Shown: piece after piece, positions 21,123 through 33,598 of the stretch | Position numbering within the stretch: the first letter of the stretch is position 1 | Layout of the letters: the number at the start of each line of letters is the position of its first letter | Assembly (NCBI GenBank): GCA_025594325.1 | Contig: JANHCV010000008.1 | Span: 310,001 to 374,000, forward strand | Reading direction: 5' to 3' | Source of the DNA: Blastocladiella emersonii ATCC 22665 | Lineage: Eukaryota > Fungi > Blastocladiomycota | DNA: 64,000 nt | Translations under genes and position numbers: made by a program | The notes under the pieces: model-generated | Database searches by the model: none | What the model was told of the DNA's origin: nothing | Seen by the model: the letters and a program-made list of their open reading frames with translations, nothing else

Positions 21123-22284
21123 ATGGAACAACTTGATGCAAAGAATGTACAACCGCCGTCTTTCAAGGATATGCTTGTCGCCGGGTGCCACTGCGCCGGA
21201 AAGTGTTCCCCGCTCGCTCGCCACTTCCAGCAGCTCGCTGTCTCAGGCGACCAATCGGACATAACCATCTCGGTGCACGGCATCAAATATGCGCTGCATC
21301 GTGCCGTGCTCGTTCGGAGCCCGTACTTTGCTGCGCTCCTCAACGACGCGTAGCACGTACCAGTCGACGGCGCGGCGCTCCAGCTCGACTTTTTGCTTGC
21401 AGATGCGGAACCGGAAGTTCACGACCACAACGATCGAGACGAAACTTGTGACAACGCTCGCAGTGTCGTGGCTTCCGACGAAGGCGACGATGAGTGTGTT
21501 CGACACTCAGCTTACCCAGGCGTTCGCGTCCCCTTTTGCAACTCAAAACCCGGCGTTCCTTGCCAGCGTTCGCGCAGCTGCGTTTGACGTGTTTGCGTTA
21601 CGGTCGGCCGTGCTTGCGGCTGACGAGGACGACGAGTGTTTGATGGAATCCGGTTATCCTCGGCCGCTCGAAACGCCCGAAGTTGTGGTTGATTGCGGCG
21701 CATTTGCTGTGTCCAAGGCTTTGGGCCAGATCGCTGGCGAGTGCAACAGTAGCAACACAGTGGATGCGCCGGCCTCTGGCCGACGCTACCGCCTGCGGGT
21801 TCCGTTCAAACTTTCCTTTGCCATTGGGACGAACCCAGACTATGCATTCCCTTCCATCTTCTTTGGCGGACGGGCGTGGTCGGTCAGGGTCACTGCTGCT
21901 GGCGAAATCCACTTGCACGTTTCTTTCGTTTCAACAAGCCGATTCGCTGAAATGCTGACTAATTGATCCGGGCAACGTAGCGGCTCCGTGAGCACCGAAT
22001 CACCGCCTGACCCAGTAAATGCCGCCGTGGCACCGTATGAAGATCCCCGCATTACTGTGCTGTAACGTGTGTGCTTCATCGCGTACCCGCTTACTAGCGT
22101 CGCGCAAATTCTGTACCCGGCTGAGATCGGCGCCTCTAACATGGCTGAGGCGGACGAATTTACCTGGGACGAGCCATCCGCACTCGCCAATGACGCACAC
22201 TGGACCCACAGGATTCATCGCAACCTGCCGCTCGAGGAAGGGAAAGTGGTGTTGCGCGGAATGGTCCTGCCCGAGCTGCTGTGA
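21123..22284 (+). pseudogene. BTB/POZ (germ cell-less-like) protein, copy 1, disrupted
   Basis: SDITISVHGIKYALHRAVLVRSPYFAALL BTB motif; premature TAG at 21351-21353 where copy 2 has TGG; internal deletion; ends VVLRGMVLPELL like copy 2. Confidence 0.7.
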
Positions 22285-22639
22285 TGCATCGTGTGACGAT
22301 ACATATCATTGGGTTTGACGCGCTGTGACTCCATTTCTATCTCTTTGTGTGCACGAGTTGATCTGCAGCACCCTTGAGCGAGACCGCCAAGACGCGTGCT
22401 CTGAGGGGCTCAAGCGTTGAACAGCAATCCGTAATATGACAGGCATCGAAAATCTGGACAGATCGGACTCACATTGCGTGCACGCTGATCGGAGCGTCCA
22501 AAGTCACCGAACAGACGCGCTGGTCACTTGCGCGTGATCAGCGTACCTGGTCTGTCGGGCGGTCGCCGCGCCGCCTTCGTCCTCCCTCCCTCTCCACCCC
22601 GTTGAAAACCTTGACTCGACTCAAGACTCTATGCATCGT

Positions 22640-23100
22640 ATCATGTAAACCCGCCGCAATGCGGGTCCAAGTCGCATCATGCCGAATTCCGCTGCCGCCT
22701 GGGCCTCGACCGCCGTCGCGAGCAGCGGGCTGCATGCCGTTCTTTTTCGACACGTACCGCACGTCAGTTCGCGGATTCGGCGACGATCTGAAGCGCCTGT
22801 GCTGGAAGGCGGATCTTGTCATCCCTGACCCGCCCGTTGCCGCTCTCGGGTTCGTCGAGCTTGCTGATACGAGCGGGAGCCTACACGGTTGCTTCAATAT
22901 TTGCCGGGTCGATGCAGTAGGTTCCCTTGAACCTCCCGGTCATCCAATACTGGGAACAGCTTCCGGCCCTCAAGCTCGTCGCTAACACGTGCGGCGCCCG
23001 CGCTGTTTGTGCTCGCGTTAGGAGTCGGGGCACTCGAATTCATCCAGCTCGTCCTTGCCGTCATGTCCGTCTCGTCGCAGGGCCATTGGAAGTATCTCAA
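22640..23100 (+). pseudogene. Degenerate ankyrin-like repeat gene remnant
   Basis: Fragments such as NLPVIQYWEQLPALK resemble the xGxVxxLxWW-type repeats seen in the 28.6 kb relic; many stops. Confidence 0.3.
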
Positions 23101-23576
23101 AAACGCGCGGACGGCGCCGTGCAGCCCGTGACGTCGCCCACGGCCACGAACGACGAGCTCCCAAACCTCGACACAGCGCCCTCGCAGCCTGTCGCTCTGC
23201 TGCGCCTCAGATACAGTTCCCTCGCTCTCTGATCACCACGGGCCGCGCAGGCGCGCCGATATCCCTGACCCGTAACGCGCTCTGCCTGCTCGCGCCGATT
23301 TGTAGCTTCGCCTTCCACTGCACTTTTCTCGCGCTCGCGATATTGGCGCGCTTGCCGTCAAGGTTGCCCCGGCTCAGATTGCCCTGCGCGTCGGCGAGCT
23401 TGTGCGGACGGAGCGCGTTCCCGCGCAGCAGCGGGAGGGAGCCCGGCCCTGCGTGCAGTTGGCAGGGAAGGAAGTGGGGCGGCTGGCGCCAGGTCAGCCG
23501 ACGCGCCAACGTCGCGCCAACGTCGCGCCGCACAAACGCCCGCTCTCTCTCTCCTACGTCCCACTCACATGCAAAC

Positions 23577-25470
23577 ATGGAACAACTTGATGCAACGGAT
23601 GAAAAAAAACACCGTCCTTTAAGGACACGCTTGCCGCCGAGTGCGAATGTGTCGCAAAGTGCCCGCCGCTCGTCCGCCACTTTCAGACGCTTGCCGTCTC
23701 CGGCGACCAATCGGACATAACCATCTTGCTACATGGCCACACCTATGAGCTGCATCGCTCCGTGCTCGTGCAGAGCCCCTTCTTCGCCGCTTTGCTGAAC
23801 GGCGCGTGGCGTGAGCCGATCGACGACGGCGCGTTCGTGCTTGACTTTACGGTGCCGAGCGAGGAAGCCGACGATCGCGGCAAAGTGGCCGAATCTACGA
23901 ATCTTAGCGAAACAGAAACCGATGCCCTCAACGCCGTCGCGAGCTCGGACTCGAGCTCGGTCGGCGCTGACCAAACGGCGAGTGTAGACGTGGACACGAC
24001 CACGCCTGGGAATGATTTCAATGACGTCGAGGATGCGAACCCGGGCTTGAGCGCGGGCGAGCGCAAGAGAAACGCTTGCTGCTACACCCGAACTGCTCGC
24101 TCGCTGCGCGCTTGGGAGTCGGCACTCGTTTCGCTTTACGGCGGCTGTACCAAGCTCTTGGGGTCGCGCATCACTCCCGCCAATTTGCCCGACACGATCC
24201 ACGCGGCCGCCTACTTCGGTTCGTGAAATCTGCCCCGTTCCACGGTCTGTTCCGTTCCGCTCGCCCAACTTTCATTCTTTGTTAGACGTAAAATACCTTG
24301 CTGCCGTGGGCCATGATTATTACGCCGCCCGACTGGCGGCCAGCGTCGCGATTGTGGACCCCGAAAACGACTCGTTTCCGGTGCTTACTGCTTGTCTCAT
24401 GACAGCTTGCCTCAAGAGAAATTTCCCCGAGCCGATTTCCTCGCTTCTCTCGGTCACAATCGCTCACCTCCAGTTTCTCGGACCGCACCCGATCGCCAAA
24501 GCGATACTCAAGCGTTGCCCGCGAAATCTTGTGCGCCGCGTTACCGTCGCCCCACAGTTTTGGGCGCCTTCCGAAATCTCGCGCTTTGAATTCCTTGCCG
24601 AACTTGGTGTAGCGCCCGCGGACATTCTCCGCTCGGTTTACTTCAACACAATGTCCGAATCGGAACTCGCCAAAGTCTTTGCTTCCGATCTCGCAGTTCG
24701 CGACCCACTCTTTCTGGCTGGTGTCAGACTGGCTGCTTACCAGGCCATATCCCTCCGCTCGGCTGTGCTTTCGGCCAACGTTGGCGAGGAGCAACTCAAA
24801 GCGGTTGGGTATCCCGAGCCTCCTATTGGACCCGAGCCTGTGGATACTTTTGGCGTCTCCGATACGAGCGCAGATCGCTCGGAACCTTTGATCGAGCACG
24901 CGGACGGTTCAACCAAGGCAACTATTGATGCTTTGACTGCTGTCCGTCGCCACGGCTTGCGCGTCCCATTTGAGTTTCTCGTGGAGGGTGATGCGTATCC
25001 CAAAACTGCAAAAGATCTTGTGTACTTTGGCGGGCGAGCCTGGTTGGTCCGCCTGAACTTCGTTCTTGAGGACGGGGAAAAGGTGCGAAGGGTTTCCTTG
25101 TACGTTCACAACCCTGCCCCGCGAATCACTTCTAGTTTTGACCGTGACATGGACCTCTAGCTGCTCGGTGGATCACGGATCGTGGAATAGCTCCTCGAAT
25201 TCGATTTCTCCGTACCTCGATCCTCGGTCCAAAGTCCTTCAGCATGTCTACTGGGTTAATTGTTTGCAATCAGCAGTCCCCGCGCAACTCTCTCACTGCT
25301 CTCCCACACCAAATACCTTAGGCTTGGCCAAAATGGTTTCTTCGGATACGTGGCACAAGGGACACGCATGTGGGAACGGTTACTGTTGGTCTTATTACTA
25401 TCGCGACACATTGGCAACGCGTGGCGGCACACATGTACTGCGCGGGATGGTGTGCCTCGAGTTGCTGTGA
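23577..25470 (+). pseudogene. BTB/POZ (germ cell-less-like BTB-BACK + C-terminal domain) protein, copy 2, frameshifted
   Basis: SDITILLHGHTYELHRSVLVQSPFFAALL; intron about 24222-24286; WAPSEISRFEF BACK-like segment; YFGGRAWLV; PYLDPRSKV. Two extra A in an A8 run at 23602-23609 break the frame, with a second shift near 25150. Confidence 0.7.
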
Positions 25471-25575
25471 TCGTTTTGTTTAAACAAGTTCATTTTCTTT
25501 CAATGAGACCTGGTGCTCGCTAAGGAACCGAGTTTTTTGGTTGTATACACATCAGGATAACTTCTCATTTCCCGC

Positions 25576-27336
25576 TCACTTGCGCACCGCGAACACGAGC
25601 GGCACCTCGGCCGCCTTGGCCGTGACCGTGAACACGATCTGCGGCACGAACTCGGGGTCCGCCAGCCGCCACGAGTAGCGCGACACGAGCCGCGCCGTGA
25701 ACAGCTTGACCTCCATGATCGCGAACGCGCGCCCGATGCATGCGCGCGCGCCGCCGAGGAACGGCATGAAGCCGTACGGCGGGATCAGACGCGACTTGCC
25801 CGCTGGAATGGACTCGGTCGGCATCGTTGCGTGGTGCACCTCGTTCGACCACCGCTCGGGGCGGAACGTGGCCGCGTCGGCGCCCCACAGCTGCGGGTTG
25901 GTGTGGATCGCTTGCTACTCGCGTGTCAGGCAGAGTGTTAGCTTCTCGATCTTGAGAGTGAATCACGGGTGAAGGAAACGCACGATAGGGTAGTAGATGA
26001 CGAGGCCCTTGGGCAGGTGCAGCGTCCCACCAGACGTGAGCGGGACCGCGAGATCCTCGGTCGCCACCCGCGACGTCGCGTACGCGGGCGAGTGCAGGCG
26101 CAGCGCCTCGTTGACGACGTCGGCGAGGTACGTGCTGTCGGCGCCGTGCGCGTCAACCTCGGCCGCGAGCTTATCCTGGACCTCGGGGTGCTTGGCGAGG
26201 TAGTACCCGATCATGCCAAACAAGTTGGCCGACGTCTCGTGGCCCGCCGCGAGGAACGTGAGCAGCTCGTCGCGCAGCTCGCGCATCGTCAGCTTGCTGT
26301 CGCCGCCCTGCGCCGCGGCCATGAGCGTCGCGACGAGCGACGGCATGCCGCCGTTCACGGCACGGCCCGCCGCCAGGTCGGCCTGCGTCTCGAGCAGGAT
26401 CCCGTCGACGCTCGACCCCACGAGCTTGCGCGCGGCGTGCATCTCGCGGTTGCGGCGGATCGGCAGTCGCATGAGCGACGGGAACGCGTCGCACAGCACG
26501 TTCCACGCGGTGATCCCGGACACGCGCATCACGACCTCGTACGCCGACGTCAGCGGCGACGGCTTGCCCGGGCGCAGCGCGTCAAAGTCGGTCGCGAGCG
26601 CCGCGCGCCCGATCACGTTGAGGGTCACCGACGTGGCCAGGTCCTGGAAGTCGACGACCGCGCCAGCGGCCGCCGACTGGTCGAGCAGCGACTCGAGCTC
26701 GTCGAACGCGGCCTCCATGACGGGCACAAGCTGCTTCATGGTCTTGAGGTTGAACACGGGGTTGATGAGCTTGCGGTGCGCCTTGTGCGCGTCGCCCTCG
26801 AGCACCAGCATGCCCTGGTCGCCCGTGATGAACGTGAACTGGCGCGCGGCCTCGGGCGGCTTAACGGTCGAATATGCGCGCGTCGTGCACAGGTAGTAGA
26901 GCGCGCGCGGGTCAGCGACCACAATGGCGGGCGCGCCGCCCAGATCGCGGTGCATGTGCACCGGCCCGAGCTTGGCCAGCTGGCGCTCGTTGTATACGAC
27001 GAAGTTGGGCGTCGCCAGAACCGCCGGAATGTCGCCCGTCAGGTACCGCTCGACGAACCCGGCGCCCTCGAAGCCAGGAACTGGGCGGCGCGCGCCGTCG
27101 CGCGACGTGATGTACAGCCCGCGACGCGCGGCCGACTTGGCGCGGACCACGCGGACCAGGAACGACGTGAGCGCGTGGGACACGGGGAGCCCGATGAGCG
27201 CCGCCGCGGCAGCGAGCGCGAGGACCGGGCGCGGCGTCGACACGAGGCGGTCGGTCAGGTCGTGTGCGAGCGGCATCGCCATGGCCAGGACGTCTTGGAC
27301 GGCGTCGTGAAGGTAGGTGGTCGAGATGACGGGCAT
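25576..27336 (-). CDS. Cytochrome P450 monooxygenase
   Basis: I-helix FLAAGHETS, K-helix EALR, PERW, heme motif PFLGGARACIG; intron 25915-25983; N-terminal hydrophobic anchor. Confidence 0.95.
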
Positions 27337-27817
27337 GATGTAGAGCTTCGTTGGGTGAGAAACGAGAGATGTGAGTACCGAGGGCCGGCTGGCGCTATAT
27401 ACTTGTTGCTCCATTCCGCGGCTCGGCGAGCGGGGCAAATCGCCTGGTCGAGTTACTCCGCAGGCTTGGCGGCGAACGGTGTGAATCACCGGTCCCTCGA
27501 TTGCGGCGGCGCGACGCGTCCTTCAGCGGGCGGAGGACAGGCGCAGCCGCGGAAAATCTCCAGCCCGCGGCCGCGGCAAAGCAAGCCGTCAACGTTTCGG
27601 AAAATCTTGCGCGCCGACAGCGCGGAAAATCAACGGCGATATGTCGTGTCCGTGAGACTCAGCCTCCGAGCCGGCGCTTGTCGTGAGAAGCCGCTTTTTT
27701 CCATGTGCTGGCCTTGGCGCAGGGTATCGAGACGCGTCGATCAAACACGTGACTGCTGCGAGACATTTGCCAATACCGTGCCCACGCTTCAGTCTCGGTT
27801 CCTCAGCACGTTCATAG

Positions 27818-28799
27818 TCATCGCAGGGTCGGCCACGTCTCCCATGCGCATCTCGGTATCCCGCAGATAAGATCGTGTATGCAATCGTTACGCGTCGAAA
27901 GTCCACCAATGAAGCTATCCGACACCGTAAGCGACTGCAGCGGCAATGGCAAATGGTGCAACGGCCAGGCTTCCCCGACAATCTTGACGTCCCAAAGTTC
28001 GAGATGGGTGATCGTATCAGGAAGCCACGGGCCCTTTTCCACTTTGTTTGTTCGATACAGGAGACATCCAATGAGCTCAAGCGATGATGCGCTCGGTGGG
28101 AATGCGAGATGAGCAGCGGCAGGGAGAGCCACGCAGCAACAATAAAAGCTGATTTCAGTCAGCACACGGCCATCGACAAAGTCCTTGGAGAGCATTCTTG
28201 CACTCTCCTCCACGATGCGAAAGTAGGTGTACGACATGGCGTGATCATCAGGCTCTTCAGAGCCACGGGTAGTTCCGACAAAAAGTTGTTTACGACGGGG
28301 GCCGCGTCCTGTATATCAGAAAGGTCAGGTTGATGCCAAATGAGAGGAAAATAGCAAAATCGCGAGCACACCTTATCCATGAGAGCTCGATACAAAGTAC
28401 GCATATCAGCGGGCTCGATTTGCGCGGGCAAGCCAGCGTCACGCCAACCATTGAGGAACTCGATTTGGTCGAGTTCAAGAGCTTCCTTGAGAATGCTCGA
28501 CAAGTTCAAAGGAAACTTTCGGCCAGCCGAGTGCCACAGTCGCAGCGCCGTGAGATTTCCTTCGAGGATGGTCTCGCGCAAGTCAAGCTTATCAAGGGCA
28601 CGTTCGGCAATCACACTGATGAGGCGAGGTGCGTCACGGCGCGGCATGACTCGGGCATAAGGTGCAAGAAATGCAGGGCTCTCGCCAGCGGGATGTAGTC
28701 GACGGCATGAACGAGGATCAACTCGAAGACCTTTGGCAAATTGAGCGTAAAGGAGGCCCTCGGGCTGTCTTCAGTCCGTTGCATTAAGTGTTGTTCCAT
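27818..28799 (-). pseudogene. Lineage-expanded F-box-like/ankyrin-like/LRR-like gene, frameshifted
   Basis: LPKVFELILVHAVDYIPLARALHFL N-terminus, GNLTALRLW / IEFLNGWRDAGLP repeats, then LRR-like LPLPLQSLTV / LPDTITHLEL; split across three frames. Confidence 0.45.
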
Positions 28800-29215
28800 T
28801 TGGGTGTTGCGTGAGTCGTGGGTACGAGGGGGGAGCGAGAGAGCGCAGTCATCGCGGGCGGTGGGAACGTGCAGGCCGTCGCGTGCCGCGTGTCTCACGC
28901 CACGTGATAGCTCAACGCGTCGCCCTTGCCTCAAGTCTTGAGTCCGCGGAGACACTATGCACGACGCACCTGCTCGATACGTTTGCTCAATACTTGGGCG
29001 CATATCCAGCCGAGCTGGTCCAAGACTGCGTCTTGCACAGCGTCCCGCGCCGCGTCTCACCACTCTGCCTACGAATAAGCGATTCCTTAGGAGTTCGAGG
29101 TCAGCAGACATCAACTCACGACTGCTGCGGTCCGGATCGATTGTACTCGGCGACCCCGACAAAATCGCGCGCGTCGATCGCGCCGCCGCAGCTAGAGGCA
29201 AGAAACATTGATTAA

Positions 29216-30454
29216 CTACAAGGCTGGAGACTCATACAGGCAGTCCCAAAGCGGCGGCAGCTGGCTCTCGTTGATGATAACACCAGTTTGCAAAAGCATC
29301 TCAGTGGCGCGCTTGCGAGGCTGCGACGAGTTGAAGGCGATGCGCACGGCCGCGTCCTGCAGCGGATGGGAATGCTTCTCGCGGCACAGCTCGAACGACT
29401 CGCGGTCAAACGTTGTGAAGAGCGCAAAAAAGAGGTCATGCGAGTCCTTAACGGTAGTGCACACAAGCCGTTGAGGGTTCTGCGTGCGCGGGTCTTTGGG
29501 GTCCCAGCCGTGGTTGACGAGCCAAGCGTGGATGTTCCGAACCGAGGCCGCGCCAGCGTCGCCCTGGCGCAGCTCGACCAGCCGTGAGGTGAGCGGATAC
29601 GGGCGTTCGGACGCGAGAAGACTTTGGACAACACGTGTACCGACGACGCCGTACTTGGGCGCCGCGAGAAGGGCAAGTGCATCGTAGTTCCAGGTCGAGA
29701 TCGCAGTAGTTGCTGCCAAGTCGACCAATGAGGCGGGCGGTAGCGCGGGGGCCCGCCTGCCCCAGCTCGTTCTGGGTAGACCGCAATTGTGAGTGAACAT
29801 CTCGAGTTTGACCCAAGTTTCGGCAGGAATGGGCGTTGTGAGAAGCTCGGGAAAGTGCTCGAGAAGTTGATCGATAAGCAGGCGGAGCAGCGTCAGGTCG
29901 TTGACGGCGGTAAGGACGAAGCAAAGCATGAACACGATGATGATTGGCGTCCGCATCGCTGGCTGGGCGGGAAGCGGGTTTCCCAGGTGTATCGACTTTG
30001 TGTTGTTCACGGGATACGTGTAGAGAATGGCCTCGAGATGACTCGTGAGCGCGGCAGACGTGAGCGAGCGGGAGAGCATGCGGGCTGCGCGGTGGACAAC
30101 AGCGACCACGAACGCGGGCGAAATTTGGTGGCGGTCGACCGAGTACGAAAAGTTGTGTTCATCGAAAGCCCTGATGCAATTCTCGAGATCGGCAGCAAAG
30201 TCGCCCGCGACGCGGTCCAACATGTCGAACAGGTTTGTGGGGCGGTAGCCAGGCATAAACTGCTTGACCGGAAGAGGTCGTGTCATGATGGCACGAATGT
30301 TCCAGGGCAAAATAGCCGGGGCATCGCAAGCTGCCACATAAAGTGCACGCGACGCGGCGAGAACCATGGCGCGGGGTGTCGCGAGCTGCAGGACCTTGGC
30401 ACCTGCTGGCGTGTGTAGCAGCGGATCGAGACTATATTGCGCAGAGTCGTTCAT
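29216..30454 (-). CDS. Hypothetical protein (about 412 aa) with a nearby decayed paralog
   Basis: Long open frame from MNDSAQ; motifs PKYGVVGTRVVQSL and NIHAWLVNHG recur at 30.9-31.2 kb. Confidence 0.55.
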   Translation of the reverse strand: MNDSAQYSLDPLLHTPAGAKVLQLATPRAMVLAASRALYVAACDAPAILPWNIRAIMTRPLPVKQFMPGYRPTNLFDMLDRVAGDFAADLENCIRAFDEHNFSYSVDRHQISPAFVVAVVHRAARMLSRSLTSAALTSHLEAILYTYPVNNTKSIHLGNPLPAQPAMRTPIIIVFMLCFVLTAVNDLTLLRLLIDQLLEHFPELLTTPIPAETWVKLEMFTHNCGLPRTSWGRRAPALPPASLVDLAATTAISTWNYDALALLAAPKYGVVGTRVVQSLLASERPYPLTSRLVELRQGDAGAASVRNIHAWLVNHGWDPKDPRTQNPQRLVCTTVKDSHDLFFALFTTFDRESFELCREKHSHPLQDAAVRIAFNSSQPRKRATEMLLQTGVIINESQLPPLWDCLYESPAL

Positions 30455-30849
30455 TGGTTTACGTTGCGTTTGATGGTGAACGTCGAGATAGGAACGGCGG
30501 CGATCGCGAGACGGCCGGCCGGCGCAGAGCATCGCTTGGGAACGGTCGCGTGACACGTTGCTGTGGCGCAACGCGCTCTTCACTCGTCGTCCTGGTCTTC
30601 GCCGCTGTCAGGCAAGGCGAGGTCTTTCCGTTGACCTGACATAGTTTCAAATACTCCCATGCTGCTAAACCGCATCCATCGCACGCGCGAATTGTATCAC
30701 AAAGGACGCGGAGCTGCACGATAAACATGGCGGCAGCGACATACGGTACGATTCCATTGTGATCTCGGCACTTTATCGAAAGCAAGGTTTGGAATCTGCT
30801 CGTCGGTCTCAAAGCTGCCGGCGCCGCAGAGCAGCTCTCAACAATCCGC

Positions 30850-31450
30850 TCACGCGACAAGCCCGACTTTTTCGCGAGATTGACTGCCCGGTTTTGGATG
30901 TTCCGCATGTGCTTGTCGTGCTGCTTCTCGAAGTTTACGCGATCGAATGTTGCGAGAGGGCGAGAAACAGGTCAAGCAAGTGTTGGGCGGTGGTGCACAG
31001 GAGCCGGTCGCGCTGTGCGCGCGAATCGTAGTCCCGGCCATGGTCGACGAGCCAAGCATAAATGTTCGCAACGACCGATGCCGCCGAATCGCGGTGGAAT
31101 ACATCTAGGCGCAGTGCCTCGCCGTTGGATGCTTTGTACGGTGAGAACAGCGATTGGACAACCCGGGACCCGGTCATACCGTACTTGGGCGTCGCCAGTA
31201 CGACCTAGGACGCCGCGGTTGCGAAGGCCGAGGAGGACAGGTGCGCAGTGGCGATGGTCGCTGGGTTGCTGACGCGCGCCTTGAGGATCAGAAGCGGTGC
31301 GCCGCGGTGGGCAGGAAGGTTGTTGAGAAATTGGATCATCTGGACAACACCGTGATGTGCCGCAGTGCATGAACTGGATGTCGCCGGCCTTCAGATTGAA
31401 CGTGTGCACATCGCGGCAGAGCTCCTTGACCGTCCTTTTTGCACTGCGCG
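30850..31450 (-). pseudogene. Decayed paralog of the 29216-30454 gene
   Basis: PKYGMTGSRVVQSLF and NIYAWLVDHG...RLLCTT match the intact copy; frameshifts and stops. Confidence 0.6.
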
Positions 31451-32233
31451 CCGCTCAAAGACGGCCGTGGCTTCCCTCCGTGGCTGGACCAAGAGAGTTG
31501 GGGTCGGGGACCAGAACTACAGACAAAGCTGGGTTTACGTGAAGGTTGATATCTCTGATAGGTTCAAATTGCTCAAACAGAAACTCAGCTTCGCTAAAGT
31601 AGTATCCTCGAGTACTGCCGAATCAGTCTCGTCGGGACGCGTGATTGGAGCTTCATTGTGATCTGAGTCGCCAAACGGCGGGCCGTCGTACACTCGGGTA
31701 AGCCCTGGGTCCTGCGGCTCATTGACCCCCTGCTCCGCATGATTCGCAGAAAGGTCCTTGAGTTTAGAGATCTCAAGTCGAGGCCGAAGCGCGCTTCTGA
31801 TGCAGCTGATCCGGGCTTCCAGCAGGCGAAACACGTCATTGTACAACATCTCTCGCTGCTCGGCACGCGTCGGCGGGATCGCGGGAACCACTTTCGTCAG
31901 GTCGACAGTTTTAGTCCGACCGAGTAAGCGAGGGCCGTCGTGGGTCATATTGCAGCAAGTTTGACGTTCATCTGATTCATGGAGTGTGCACAGCTGGAGG
32001 GTGAGTTTCCGTCGCTTCAAGATGGGACAGTGTAGTGTGACTGCCTGCCACTCCAATCGCGACGCGTCGCGACGCGTACTTGCCGTGCTAGCAAGGGAAC
32101 TTGACGCTAGAAAGTTTCTCCCCGCAAATTGCTTTAAGTGGCCAGGAGCAGTTGCGCTCGTTCGGGGAGCGGGAGCGCAAATCAGTGGCCTCGCGGCAGA
32201 CCTGGGACTGAGCAGCCTCTCCAACCTTTCTCA

Positions 32234-33549
32234 TTCTCAGCAGTAGGCTGAGTTTCTGTGGAGCTGAATTCGCGCTCAAGCTGGGCCATTTGGCACGCCT
32301 GACTTTTCTGCCACTCCCATCAACACGCGTCGCGACGCGTCTCGGTCGAGCTCGAATTATCTTCTCCTCAATTTTCTCCAAGTCCTCTTAATATATCTAC
32401 CCTCTAACTCTATGCAACTCAACTAAAATCGTCTGGGGCACAGTTCGACGTCGGAATACTCTCCGTGTACCTGACCTCTCACTCTTCCCGCTCCTCCCGC
32501 GGCCACTGTGCATATCCTCTACATTTCCTCCGTCCTTCATCACGGCGCAGAACTCGGTGCGCGACGCGTGGAACTCGATGGCCGCCGCGAAACACGCGCG
32601 TCGCCTCGGTCTCCAACCCGACGAAATCTTTGACCTCGAGTGCGTCGATCTCGTCCGCAGGCCCTCCACAACCGGACCACTCCTTTGGCGGCAGCTCGTC
32701 ATTGAGAGCAGCGGTCAGAGCGAGAGCGACCAGCGCATGCTCAACTTCGCAAAACTGCTTCCCTCGAGCAAGACGGACCACATCCCGTCTACCCTCAAGC
32801 TGTTTGCTGGCGCGCGTGTCATCGTGACGCGGAACATCAACACGCCGTACGTCTCCGCGTCATATTCGCCGGCCATTAGGCGCGTGGACTCACCAGCGCT
32901 TCCTCGCTTCGCATTGTGTAGTCGCGGCATCGTCAACGGCGTCATTGGCCGTGTTGAAGGCTTTGCCACCGACGCGAACAACGACATTGATGCAGTCATC
33001 ATCCGGCCCAACAAGGACCTGGGTCGCATGCCCAAGCTACCCGGGATCCCCGACGGCTGCTTCCCGCTGCGCCGCGAGATCGCCTCGTTCCGCCTCAAGA
33101 ACAAGGTGGCCGGCACATCCAAGACGATCCATCGAGCCCAGTTCCCGCTCGAGCTCGCGTACGCGCTGACGGCGCACAAGGCCCTAGGGATGACCCTCGA
33201 AAAGGTCATCGTTGATCTCGCCGACATGACGCGTGGATCGTTACCGTCGCGCTTCCTGTACATGATCCTATCGCGTGTACGGCGCGGTGACGACATCCTG
33301 ATCCTGCGTGATCCAGGTATCCAAGGCCTGAATCAAACGCAGGATCAACATTTACTTGCCGAGTACGCTCGACTGCAAAGTCTGGCGGAGGCAACCACTA
33401 CCTAGTCCTTAGCTCATTAATACATAGCGATTTTGACACGTCATTCACTACTCGCCTTTCAACGCGGACGGAACTTGACGTCCAGCATATTTTCAAGTCA
33501 GCCTAGTCGCCTACTGCTGAGACAGAGTGTGCAAAGCACACACCCCTAG
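32234..33549 (+). mobile_element. Complete non-autonomous Helitron2/Helentron (about 1.3 kb) with both termini
   Basis: 5' TTCTCAGCAGTAGGCTGAG (hairpin CTCAGC/GCTGAG); 3' subterminal inverse GCCTACTGCTGAGA at 33509-33522; stem-loop GTGTGC-AAA-GCACAC 33527-33541; CTAG at 33546-33549; internal PIF1 helicase fragment. Confidence 0.85.
32557..33405 (+). CDS. PIF1-family helicase C-terminal fragment carried by the mini-Helentron
   Basis: LKLFAGARVIVTRNI, GIVNGVIGRV, RAQFPLELAYALTAHKALGMTL, YMILSRVR; in-frame 75 nt GTACGT..TGTAG intron about 32847-32921. Confidence 0.8.
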   Translation: MRDAWNSMAAAKHARRLGLQPDEIFDLECVDLVRRPSTTGPLLWRQLVIESSGQSESDQRMLNFAKLLPSSKTDHIPSTLKLFAGARVIVTRNINTPYVSASYSPAIRRVDSPALPRFALCSRGIVNGVIGRVEGFATDANNDIDAVIIRPNKDLGRMPKLPGIPDGCFPLRREIASFRLKNKVAGTSKTIHRAQFPLELAYALTAHKALGMTLEKVIVDLADMTRGSLPSRFLYMILSRVRRGDDILILRDPGIQGLNQTQDQHLLAEYARLQSLAEATTT

Positions 33550-33598
33550 TCGAATGCAAGGAGGAACTAAAGCTAGTTATGTTTGTGAGGTAAGAATA

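Noticed and set aside
25969-27870. Long antisense ORFs (e.g. 633 aa opposite the P450, and others opposite core genes)
   Set aside because: Expected shadows of GC3-rich coding strands; the translations are Arg/Ala-rich and have no motifs.
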